DNA of 64,000 nucleotides from Dehalococcoidia bacterium. Lineage in GTDB: Bacteria > Chloroflexota > Dehalococcoidia > UBA6926. A program made the position numbers and the translations under genes. The stretch lies in assembly GCA_965237465.1 (NCBI GenBank), contig OZ250138.1, forward strand, positions 1,814,643-1,878,642. The letters run 5' to 3'. Shown one piece after another: positions 54,919-64,000 of the stretch (position 1 is the first letter of the stretch; every line of letters begins with the position of its first letter). The notes under the pieces were generated by a model, which did not search any database, was not told where the DNA came from, and was given only the letters and a program-made list of their open reading frames with translations.

Positions 54919-57315
54919 TTACGCCAGCGCTCCCTCACGATGCAGCGCCTCAACCTCTGAGTCTGTCAGGCCCAGAATGTCCCGGAGGACCAGATCATTG
55001 TGCTGACCGAGGGCCGCGGACGGCATTCGAGAGCCTCCAGGGGTTTCTGACAGGCGCACGGTGACGCCCGGCTGCTCCAGGACTCCCCAGTCCGGATGGT
55101 CGAGGGTATGAATGTAGCCGCGCTCCCGCAGCTGGGGGTCCCAATAGAGACCCTCGCCGGTCAAGACGGCCGTCGCGGCCACTCCTGAGCGCTGCAGCAG
55201 GTGCATTATCTGGCGCGGCGTTTGCGTTCGCGTCCACTCGGACAGAGACCCATTGAGTGCCGACTCGTTCTCCTTGCGCCCGGCCTGTGTGGCATACGCT
55301 GGTTCGAGCGCCCACGCGGGACTGCCGATGGCCTCGACGAGGGCTTGCCATTCCGCGTCGCTCGAGCACGATATGGCGCACCACGCATCGTGTCCGCGAG
55401 CAGGAAAGATTCCGTGGGGAGCATGTACAAGATGGCTGTTTCCAGCCGGCTCGCCGGGCCGGCCGTTGATGGAGTAGTCCAGAAAGGCCAGTCCCATTGT
55501 GTTGCCGACGGCTTCCACCTGCGCCACCTCGACGTGCTGGCCCCGCCCCGTCTGCGCCTTGTGATAGATGGCAGCGAGCGTGCCGAGGGCAGTGAGGCTG
55601 GCGACAAGGAAATCGGGATAATCAAACTTGCATCGCGCGTTGGGCTCCGATTCCGGATGCCCCCACGTGTAGCTGAGGCCGGACGCGGAGACGAGATTGA
55701 ATCCGAATGCCACGTGATCGCGCATTGGACCCTCGCTCCCCCACCCGGGCATGGAGACCTGGATGATGTCCGGATTCACCTTTATGAGCTCTTCGTAGCC
55801 GAGTCCGAATCTGTCGATGACGCCAAGCGCAAAGTTGTCGATAACGACATCCGACACGGCAGCGAGGCGCCGGGCGATGTCTCGCGCCTCATCCTTGTGC
55901 AGATCCAGGGTGATCCCCAGCTTGTTCCGATTGAGGTCTGCGACGTAGGGCATGGTTCCCACTCGGTTGCCGGTGTCGAAGAGCGAGGATTCGACCTTGA
56001 TGACCTCCGCGCCGTAGTCGCCCAGGAGTCGTGTACAGTACGGACCGGCCCAAACGCGGGTAAAGTCCAGAACCCGGATGCCTGCGAGCGGCAGTGTGGG
56101 GGAGACGTCATCCGAACTGCGTCCGTTGTCTGCTGCGCCCGCGGGCGCAGGCTGTCTCGTCGCCTCATCTGCGTGCTCGTTAAGAAGCGGCGCGCAGCGC
56201 GGCGGCGCGATCGGCGTCTCCGCCATTCGGAATGGGGCGCCGGGCAGCGCATGAGGGCCGATCTCAGGGTGATCGACAGTCGTGAAATAGCCTCGTTCCG
56301 CAAACTGCGGATTGTCGGCGAAATCGCCGGGCCGGTTGACCGGGGCGGCGGGCAGCCGCCGCGCCTGCGCCTCGCGCACGAATTCGTCGACGGTGAACTG
56401 TTCGATGAAGGGCGCAACGAGGGAATCGATGAACTGCATGTTCTCGTCCTGCCGGGCATCGATGGGGAGCCAGAACTCATCCTGCAACGCCGGTTCGCCG
56501 ACCCAATCAAAGAAGGCCTTGGCTTGCGGGGGAAAGAGCACGGCCAGGCTGACCCAGCCGTCCTTGCAGCGGAAGATGTTGTACGGCGCCAGGTTGCCGC
56601 TCGCCCCGATGCGTTCGCCGATCTCTGACGTGGCGGAGTAGCGAATGATCTGGAAGAAGATATTGGCGAGGACTTCCTGGATGGATACTTCAACGTGCTG
56701 TCCCCGGCCTGACCTCCGCCTGGCCATCAGCGCATAGAAGACGCCGTGCGCGGCGTGCAGGCATGCAAGGACGTAGGCCTGATCCAATGGCGCTGCCGCA
56801 GGAGGCTGTTCATTGTCCCCCTGTATGGTCATCAGGCCGCTCATGGCGATGGTCTGGAGATCGCCCCCTCGGTAACTGCCATACGGACCGGATTCACCAA
56901 AGGGCGTGATGGAGAGTGTGATCAGTTTGGGATTCGCGGCGCGTAGCTCGGAATCAGAGAGGCCAATCGACGCGAGATAGCCGGGCTCATAGCTGTCCAG
57001 AACCACATCGGCGGCGCGCGCCATCTCCAATAGATTTTGACGGCCCTCAGTCGTGGCGAGATCAATGACGACGCTTGTCTTATTGGCGTTATACGCAAGC
57101 CAACGGAGACTGCGGTCCGGTCCGGGCTGATCGCCCGCGAAAGGAGGCATGAATCGGACGGGATCGCCGCCCGGCGGCTCGATCTTGATCACATCCGCGC
57201 CCAGGTCGGCCAGCAGACGCCCGGCGTATTGGCCGGCCAGGCCGCTGAGGTCCAGGACGCTTATGCCTGTCAAGACGCCCTGAGTACGGCCCTCACGATC
57301 TGTCGAGTTTGTCAT
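54919..57315 (-). CDS. Fusion of two class III CoA-transferase modules (paralog of the downstream gene)
   Basis: About 799 aa from the ATG at 57315. Module 1 is LTGISVLDLSGLAGQYAGRLLADLGADVIKIEPPGGD. Module 2 is LAGIRVLDFTRVWAGPYCTRLLGDYGAEVIKVE. Confidence 0.85.
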   Translation of the reverse strand: MTNSTDREGRTQGVLTGISVLDLSGLAGQYAGRLLADLGADVIKIEPPGGDPVRFMPPFAGDQPGPDRSLRWLAYNANKTSVVIDLATTEGRQNLLEMARAADVVLDSYEPGYLASIGLSDSELRAANPKLITLSITPFGESGPYGSYRGGDLQTIAMSGLMTIQGDNEQPPAAAPLDQAYVLACLHAAHGVFYALMARRRSGRGQHVEVSIQEVLANIFFQIIRYSATSEIGERIGASGNLAPYNIFRCKDGWVSLAVLFPPQAKAFFDWVGEPALQDEFWLPIDARQDENMQFIDSLVAPFIEQFTVDEFVREAQARRLPAAPVNRPGDFADNPQFAERGYFTTVDHPEIGPHALPGAPFRMAETPIAPPRCAPLLNEHADEATRQPAPAGAADNGRSSDDVSPTLPLAGIRVLDFTRVWAGPYCTRLLGDYGAEVIKVESSLFDTGNRVGTMPYVADLNRNKLGITLDLHKDEARDIARRLAAVSDVVIDNFALGVIDRFGLGYEELIKVNPDIIQVSMPGWGSEGPMRDHVAFGFNLVSASGLSYTWGHPESEPNARCKFDYPDFLVASLTALGTLAAIYHKAQTGRGQHVEVAQVEAVGNTMGLAFLDYSINGRPGEPAGNSHLVHAPHGIFPARGHDAWCAISCSSDAEWQALVEAIGSPAWALEPAYATQAGRKENESALNGSLSEWTRTQTPRQIMHLLQRSGVAATAVLTGEGLYWDPQLRERGYIHTLDHPDWGVLEQPGVTVRLSETPGGSRMPSAALGQHNDLVLRDILGLTDSEVEALHREGALA

Positions 57316-57425
57316 CGCGTCCCCTGCGCCCGGTGGGCATTGTCTGAAGGATGATCCGGCTCGCGCCACGGCAAATGAGGCCATGCGGTCGGACACTCGC
57401 AAGCGTAGCAGGATGAGCTAGGCCG

Positions 57426-58955
57426 TCAAGAGTAGGAGGTAATCGGCTGCGCCAATATCCAGAGGCTGATCATCGTGTAGCCGACCATCAGGATCGACAT
57501 CGCCCTCTGACTTCGCAGGGCCGCGTCATGCGCCCCGAAGTGCCTCAATGCCGTGATGTGCGCCAGGAATACGGCAATCACATGCCCGATGACGATAGAG
57601 GCTATGGCGAGGATCCACACGAATCTGGCGTTGACGATTGCAATATTCACGCTGTAGTCGGCGGTCTGAAACAGATCCCACCCGAATCCGAATGGATCAG
57701 ACGCCAACGGGATGATCAACTGGCCTTGTATGAGCAGATAGGAGAAGAAGTGGGCCAGATGGTAGGCAAAGGCGATTGGGATGAGAGAGAACACGAAGAG
57801 TCGCGCTGCGGTGAGGGTCTTGCCTGGCTGATCAGGCCCCGAACGCGCTATGATCGCGCAGAAACCCAGATAAGCCGCCACAAACAGCCCTGCAAACAGG
57901 AACAGCCCGATGGTATTGGTGACCATCAACGCCGTCAGACTCCACTCTGAGAATGTCGTGAACGCCCAGAGCAGCAGCTCCTGCCAAGGAGGCGTCTGGG
58001 AGAAACCGTCAAACGTCACGGTAGAAAGAAAGATCACGACGAGGAACATAATTGATGGAGAAGCCTGGGCGCCATGAAGAAGTCCAACGCCCGGAGGCCG
58101 CAGAGACACCTCGCGCATGTTGGGGGGCGCGGCGCGGAACGCTTCTACGTCGTCGATGGTTTCAGTCTGTCCGTCCTGCCGGACGACTCGGAGTTCAAGG
58201 GGAGCGAATCTGGCCAGGAATCCAAAGAGTATTGAAAAGACCTCGCCGTTGCGTAGCCATTTCTCGGCGCCAAAGAGCGCCATGCCCCACCACGTCACCA
58301 GCGCGTAACCGGCGATTGCAATGGCCAGAGTCCCCGGATCGTCGGAGCCTTCATAGGCGATCTCAAACCAGGCAAACAGACAGAAGAGGATGACGGCCGG
58401 CCACGCCCCCCACTTTTCCGGGTATGCCGTCGGCTCCTGTCCAAAGGACAGGCCGCCCGGCACGAAGCGTCTCGCAGCGTTATCCATCCACTCGAACGAC
58501 GTGCGCAGGGGATTGATGAGCGCCCAGACATTGCCGATCAGCGCAGAGGCAAAGGCCAGGCCCACCCACCAATAGACCCACACCAGCGTCGGAGCGATGT
58601 TGGCCGAGGCTCTCTGCGCGCCAAGGCCGCCGGCGACGAGGGCCAGCACGACGAGCAACAACGTCGCGGAGCGCAGTCCGTTCAGTACCGGCGACGACGC
58701 GAGGACCCCAAGAGGCCTCCAGGAGAGTCTCAGGCGTGGATAGTCAAAGGATGCCTCAGGATTCCGGAGAAACACCGCTACGGCGACAAATGACAGAGCG
58801 ACCGTTAGGCCGGCGCCCGTGATGTACAGCGAAAGCGGAACGGGCAGATCGTATCGCTCGCCGAATCCGTGGGCAAAGGCGGTCTGAGGCCCAATCAGGG
58901 CGAGCGCCGCAACTGCCGCTGTTGCGACAAGTAATCGTCGAGAGCCGCGGATCAT
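57426..58955 (-). CDS. Hypothetical polytopic membrane protein with a cleavable signal peptide
   Basis: 509-aa ORF with a signal peptide ending AFA followed by HGFGERYDLPVPL, then more than 10 hydrophobic segments. No family recognised. Confidence 0.55.
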   Translation of the reverse strand: MIRGSRRLLVATAAVAALALIGPQTAFAHGFGERYDLPVPLSLYITGAGLTVALSFVAVAVFLRNPEASFDYPRLRLSWRPLGVLASSPVLNGLRSATLLLVVLALVAGGLGAQRASANIAPTLVWVYWWVGLAFASALIGNVWALINPLRTSFEWMDNAARRFVPGGLSFGQEPTAYPEKWGAWPAVILFCLFAWFEIAYEGSDDPGTLAIAIAGYALVTWWGMALFGAEKWLRNGEVFSILFGFLARFAPLELRVVRQDGQTETIDDVEAFRAAPPNMREVSLRPPGVGLLHGAQASPSIMFLVVIFLSTVTFDGFSQTPPWQELLLWAFTTFSEWSLTALMVTNTIGLFLFAGLFVAAYLGFCAIIARSGPDQPGKTLTAARLFVFSLIPIAFAYHLAHFFSYLLIQGQLIIPLASDPFGFGWDLFQTADYSVNIAIVNARFVWILAIASIVIGHVIAVFLAHITALRHFGAHDAALRSQRAMSILMVGYTMISLWILAQPITSYS

Positions 58956-58969
58956 TGTGCGATAGGCCC

Positions 58970-59761
58970 TCAGGGGCGCACTTCAAGCGTGGCGATAACC
59001 CGCTCTGCAGCTGGAGGCGTCTCTGTCGAATCCTCGGTGGACGTGACGTTCATGTTGTGTTCGCCCTCGGCGGCGGGTGGTTCCTCCTCCATGTCGTGCG
59101 AATCGGCCGGCTCGCCAGGCAGCATGAGCGTCGTTGTATCTGAGGCGTCATAGGCGCAGTGGTTCGCGTCATTGAGCGTTGCCTCAAAGACGCGTTCACC
59201 GCCGCCTGCGAGAGGCAGCGACAAGCTCGGCTGGGAATACATGCCGTAGTCGACGCCGTCGATGGCGAGATGCCAATGCGCAGCGCCGCGCTCCAGTGCA
59301 AAATCCTCGACTTCAACCTCGATGATGACTCTGCCCTCAGTCATGGCCTCTGCGGCGCGAATGGAGACGCTTGGCATTGGCTCGCCAGGCGCCGGGAATG
59401 CGCGGCAGTCATCGCCGCCAGTGTGGGCGTGGTCCTCGTCTATTGCATGGACTGTGATGTTGAAGCGTCCCGTCGCATTTGCCGTGAAGGCCATGTCGTA
59501 TATCCGGCCTGTCCCAAGGTTCATCTCAATGTCATAGCCGTGGAGATGAACGAGGAGGGGCGTATCCGTCTGCCAACTGAGCGTGACGGCGTCGCCCTGA
59601 TTCACAGAGAGTTCAGACTCGCCGGCAAGCTCGCCGCCCTCGAGAGTCATGGCGAATGACTGATCCTGCGGCTCGCTGCCGCCGCACCTCGAAGCCAGCG
59701 CAACTATTGCAGTCACGACAAGCAAGAGGGCCATAAGAACCGTGTGGTGGGGAAGACGCAA
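58970..59761 (-). CDS. Cupredoxin-like secreted (lipo)protein, hypothetical
   Basis: Signal/lipobox-like ALASRCGG, then a beta-sandwich-like segment (VNQGDAVTLSWQTDTPLLVHLHGYDIE...FTANATGRFNITVH), a second domain, and an acidic tail. The likely start is TTG 59761 (GGAGG 8 nt upstream) or ATG 59734. Confidence 0.5.
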   Translation of the reverse strand: MRLPHHTVLMALLLVVTAIVALASRCGGSEPQDQSFAMTLEGGELAGESELSVNQGDAVTLSWQTDTPLLVHLHGYDIEMNLGTGRIYDMAFTANATGRFNITVHAIDEDHAHTGGDDCRAFPAPGEPMPSVSIRAAEAMTEGRVIIEVEVEDFALERGAAHWHLAIDGVDYGMYSQPSLSLPLAGGGERVFEATLNDANHCAYDASDTTTLMLPGEPADSHDMEEEPPAAEGEHNMNVTSTEDSTETPPAAERVIATLEVRP

Positions 59762-59905
59762 AGACAATACCTCCGATGGCGCTAGCACAATTAAATGTAC
59801 GGCATGCCGTATAACGCGCAAGACGGCGGCGAGGTTGCCTGCCGGGACAGCTGTCTTGCTTGGCGACGCGCCGGCGGCCAACCGAGCGGGAAGGCCCGTT
59901 GACTG

Positions 59906-60742
<837 letters not shown>

Positions 60743-60796
60743 GGGAGTTGCTCCCTGGCGTCCGGCCGCGACGAGTGCGCCGACGGCCCGCGTTCA

Positions 60797-61180
60797 TCAG
60801 TAGTAGCTGTGAGCCTCGATGCGGTTCGTCTTGGACACGATGCGGTTGCGGGCATCAACGCGAACGACGCGGGGCGTGACGCGGCAGGCATCCTCTTCAG
60901 ACATTTGCATGAAGTGGAGAATGATGATGAGGTCGCGCTCCCGCACAAGGAGTCCGGCGGCCCCGTTGACGCAAATCTCTCCGGAGCCCCGCTCGCCCTC
61001 AATGGCGTAGGTTTCAAGGCGGGCGCCGTTAGTGATGTCCAGGACCTGGACGAGTTCATACGGGAGGATGCCCGCTGCGTCCATGAGATCGCGATCAATG
61101 GTGATCGATCCCTCATAATCGACGTTCGCTTCGGTCACCGTGGCCCTGTGTATCTTGCCGGCCAGCATTGTGCGCATCAT
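60797..61180 (-). CDS. panD: Aspartate 1-decarboxylase
   Basis: 127 aa: [29 protein letters not shown] (Gly-Ser self-processing site). The ATG overlaps the upstream stop (ATGA). The N-terminal part of the 232-aa track ORF is spurious. Confidence 0.95.
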   Translation of the reverse strand: MMRTMLAGKIHRATVTEANVDYEGSITIDRDLMDAAGILPYELVQVLDITNGARLETYAIEGERGSGEICVNGAAGLLVRERDLIIILHFMQMSEEDACRVTPRVVRVDARNRIVSKTNRIEAHSYY

Positions 61181-62079
61181 TCGTCGTTCTGCCCTGCTTC
61201 CGGCGGATTCTCCACCAAAGCAAGGATCTCCGCCCCTTTCGTCTGATCCAGCCGCTCGTTCTCTATTGCTAGGCGAACTGTGCTGCGCGCGAGTTCGCCA
61301 TACAATGGTAATACACTCGGCATCCGAGCACGCAACTCTGCAACGTGCGCCGCCACCGTGCCCACGTCTCCCCGGACGATCGGTCCGGTCAACGCGTTGG
61401 ACGCCCCGTTGCGCTCTAGGTTTCCCATCGTTCCATGAACCAGCGGCAGCAGCGCCCGCAATGCCTGCGCATGATTGTACCCGAATTGCGACCAAAGTTT
61501 GGCAGCCTCCGCAATTGATGCGACAAGATAATTTGACGCGATCACGCCCGAAATGTGATACAAGGCCCGCGCGTCGTCGTCGATGTCTATGCCGGCGCCG
61601 CCCAGAGACGCAGCAAGCCGAAACAGCAACGCCCGCAGCTCCGGATCTCTCGATTCAATCGCGAAGGTGACCCCGGCCAGGCTCGGCGGCGTGTCACCCC
61701 CGCCGGCAAAGGTCTGCAAAGGATGGAACCCGCCGGTGACGGCGCCCTGGGTTGCCGCCGCCTCTAACGCGTCGAGTCGGACGCCTCCGGAGCAGTGCGC
61801 AGCCGCCATTCCGCTGCGCCAAGGGATGCCCTCCGCAACTGTCCGGATGGCGTCATCCGGCACTGTCAGAAAGATAACGTCAGCCAGATCTGCTAATTCC
61901 TCCGCGTCGATCGTCGCAGTCGCTCCCGGAATCTGGGACGCCGCCGCCTGCGTGCTCGCCGGGCTCCTGCTCATGACAGCAGTCACGCGATAACCCGCGG
62001 CGGCCAGGGCCGACGCAAGAGCGGATCCGACCGCCCCCGCCCCGACAATGCCGATTCGTTCCCCGGCGAGTACTGCCAT
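61177..62079 (-). CDS. Rossmann-fold NAD(P)-binding protein with a DUF2520-type C-terminus, putative ketopantoate reductase
   Basis: [13 protein letters not shown] dinucleotide-binding motif. It is translationally coupled to panD and in an operon with panB. No canonical panE is present in the cluster. Confidence 0.6.
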   Translation of the reverse strand: MAVLAGERIGIVGAGAVGSALASALAAAGYRVTAVMSRSPASTQAAASQIPGATATIDAEELADLADVIFLTVPDDAIRTVAEGIPWRSGMAAAHCSGGVRLDALEAAATQGAVTGGFHPLQTFAGGGDTPPSLAGVTFAIESRDPELRALLFRLAASLGGAGIDIDDDARALYHISGVIASNYLVASIAEAAKLWSQFGYNHAQALRALLPLVHGTMGNLERNGASNALTGPIVRGDVGTVAAHVAELRARMPSVLPLYGELARSTVRLAIENERLDQTKGAEILALVENPPEAGQNDE

Positions 62080-62083
62080 GGCG

Positions 62084-63133
62084 CTATGCCTCCTCGCCGC
62101 GCCTCGCCAGGTACTCGGCGGCAGATGGCACGCCCGCTAGGCCCGTTGCCGATTGAATGGCGTTCACAATGGCGCGTTCGACAGCGTCAGCGGCAGCTGA
62201 ACCCAGCCCAGTGAGGGCAAACGCCTCGATGGGGGGCGTTTCAGGCGGCGCTGTGGACATGACGAACAGGGTGTCGCCATCGCCCATGCCATAGGAGGGA
62301 AGGATTGCGCGGGCTATGCCGCTGTGAGCCATGATGGCGATTCGATTTGCCTGCGCAACGGTAAGCGGCGCATCCGTTGCGATGACGCCAAGGGTCGTGT
62401 TGGTCGTTGATTCACGGAACGCCGGCCCGGAACGCTGTTCATTCCACAGAATTTCGCGGGCGTTCTCAAAGCCGATTCCGCCCTGCCGGCGGCGCGGTCC
62501 CGCAAGAGTGACGTTGGTTGCCGGATCAAGGATATCGCCAACCGCGTTGACGACCATCAATGCTCCGACGCTGTACCCGGAAACAAGCTGTCGAACGGCG
62601 GATCCGAGCCCGCCCTTGATAGCTCTATCCATGCCGAGAATCTTGGCTACGGTGGCGCCTGCGCCGGCGCCGATGCTTCCTGACGGAGCGGGTAAGTCAC
62701 CGGCGTTTCTGGCGGCGGAGTATCCGTTATCGCGTCCAGGCCGTTGCGCGGCGTCGCCTATGCCGAGGTCAAAGATGACGGCGGCAGGGACGATGGGCAC
62801 GGGCCCGGAGGCCGTGGGAAACCCAATGCCCTCAGCTTCCAGATGGCTCATGACGCCGTCCGCCGCCGCCAATCCGAATGCGCTGCCGCCCGTGAGGAGA
62901 ATGGCATGGACACGCTCAACAAGCGTTCCGGGGCGCAGCAAGTCCGTTTCACGCGTTCCGGGCGCCGCCCCGCGCACTTCCACGCCTGCGACCGCGCCGT
63001 GTGGCGGCGGCAACACCACCGTGCAGCCCGTCGCGGCCCCGGCATTCGTCCAATTTCCCACGCGGACGCCCGGAACTGACGTGATTGTTCGATTCTCCTG
63101 CATCCGCGGTTCTGCTCCCCATCCCTGCGCCAT
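62084..63133 (-). CDS. DmpA/S58 (P1) family aminopeptidase
   Basis: ITSVPGVRVGNWTN...TGCTVVL and the GSAFGL pattern of the L-aminopeptidase/D-esterase family. It ends 4 nt upstream of the Rossmann-fold gene. Confidence 0.8.
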   Translation of the reverse strand: MAQGWGAEPRMQENRTITSVPGVRVGNWTNAGAATGCTVVLPPPHGAVAGVEVRGAAPGTRETDLLRPGTLVERVHAILLTGGSAFGLAAADGVMSHLEAEGIGFPTASGPVPIVPAAVIFDLGIGDAAQRPGRDNGYSAARNAGDLPAPSGSIGAGAGATVAKILGMDRAIKGGLGSAVRQLVSGYSVGALMVVNAVGDILDPATNVTLAGPRRRQGGIGFENAREILWNEQRSGPAFRESTTNTTLGVIATDAPLTVAQANRIAIMAHSGIARAILPSYGMGDGDTLFVMSTAPPETPPIEAFALTGLGSAAADAVERAIVNAIQSATGLAGVPSAAEYLARRGEEA

Positions 63134-63268
63134 GGCCCGCCGTGTTTCCTACCGCGCCTCGCGGCAGACCATCACGTCGATGTGGTTAGTCAATGCATGG
63201 AATGATACTCCGTGCGACCATTGAGCGGCGCTTGCGAGGGCGTCTGCGGCTTGGGTATGCTTGGGAAG

Positions 63269-64000
63269 ATGCTACGAGTCCTTTCGTTTTCCCTTTCGCG
63301 CGCCGCTCTGTTGGCGCTTTTCCTTGTAGTGGCCGCGGCCACGGGCATGGCGGCCTGCGTGCCCTCGGAGGAACCCACAGCCGCTCCTACTGCAACGACC
63401 ATTACTGCTCCAACGATGACGCCCGTGACGGATTTATCCGCTGCCGTCCCGATGGCGGCTGGCGAGCCGAGGAATTTCTGTGAGGAGGACGCGACAATGA
63501 CTGACAAGACCATGCGGTGGTCTCAGCCGCCGGAGATGCAGATTGATCCGACAAAGAAATACACGGCAACTCTCGAGACGGAAGTCGGCAACATCGTCAT
63601 TGAGCTTGCGGCGGACAAGGCGCCCGTCACGGTCAACAACTTTGTGTTCCTGGCCTGCGAGGGCTACTACAATGGCACGACGTTTCACCGCGTGATTGCG
63701 GACTTCATGGTGCAGGGCGGCGATCCGACCGCCAGCGGCTCCGGCGGACCTGGCTACACCATCACGGATGAGTTTGACCCCTCGCTGAGGCACGACAGCA
63801 TTGGCGTGCTTTCCATGGCGAATATCGGCCGTCCCAACACCGGCGGTGCACAGTTCTTCATCACCCTCATCCCAACTCCCTGGCTCGACGATGCCCACGC
63901 CGTGTTCGGCAAGGTGACGGAGGGGCTGGACGTGCTCCGGATCATCCGCATCCGCGACCCCGGCTCTGATCCAAACCCCGGCGCCAGCCTGCACAGCGTC
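63269..64000 (+). CDS. Cyclophilin-type peptidyl-prolyl isomerase, lipoprotein (3' end outside the window)
   Basis: Not in the ORF track because it is open-ended. Translation: [30 protein letters not shown] (lipobox), a T/P-rich linker, then [15 protein letters not shown]...[17 protein letters not shown]. The frame stays open to position 64000. Confidence 0.9.
   Translation, partial: MLRVLSFSLSRAALLALFLVVAAATGMAACVPSEEPTAAPTATTITAPTMTPVTDLSAAVPMAAGEPRNFCEEDATMTDKTMRWSQPPEMQIDPTKKYTATLETEVGNIVIELAADKAPVTVNNFVFLACEGYYNGTTFHRVIADFMVQGGDPTASGSGGPGYTITDEFDPSLRHDSIGVLSMANIGRPNTGGAQFFITLIPTPWLDDAHAVFGKVTEGLDVLRIIRIRDPGSDPNPGASLHSV

Noticed and set aside
55201-56628. 475-aa plus-strand ORF, and the 303-aa minus-strand alternative-frame ORF (55782-56693), inside the second CoA-transferase gene.
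   Set aside because: These are antisense or out-of-frame shadows of a strongly supported 800-aa CoA-transferase ORF. Their composition is Arg/Gly/Pro-rich with no motifs.
60797-61495. 232-aa ORF containing panD.
   Set aside because: Only the C-terminal 127 aa match aspartate decarboxylase. The upstream part overlaps the preceding gene in another frame, and the ATG at 61180 forms an ATGA junction with that gene's stop.

Overview
High-GC (by eye about 60-65%) bacterial chromosomal segment, densely coding. The gene content and gene order look Chloroflexota-like or similar, but that taxon call is inference only. Most of the window is housekeeping. It includes dgt-dnaG-rpoD, purQ, nadE, nifS/iscS-like, cmk, tlyA, ybeY-dnaX-ybaB-recR, recO and lexA. 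It also includes modABC, xth, pyk, greA, lysS, a peptide-type ABC importer, rsmI, a polyprenyl synthase, metG, plsC, a glmS-like gene, a panB/panD cluster, and a cyclophilin gene running off the 3' end.

Accessory or unusual content:
1. A type II R-M pair (MvaI/BcnI-family endonuclease plus an SPPY methyltransferase). The endonuclease is broken by a frameshift in a homopolymer run.
2. A low-GC array of four exactly 70-bp-phased structured repeats directly upstream of a fic gene. Repeats and fic together interrupt an ABC-transporter operon.
3. A Bcp-type peroxiredoxin whose peroxidatic Cys codon is an in-frame TGA, making it a candidate selenoprotein.
4. Two tandem small desulforedoxin-like ORFs below the ORF-track cutoff, with a near-consensus promoter and an intrinsic terminator.
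5. A glmS-like gene lacking the obligatory N-terminal Cys.
6. Two adjacent ~800-aa proteins, each a fusion of two class III CoA-transferase modules.
7. A signal-peptide membrane protein plus a cupredoxin-like lipoprotein pair.
8. An apparently orphan beta-class adenine methyltransferase.

I recognised no rRNA, tRNA, CRISPR array or transposase.
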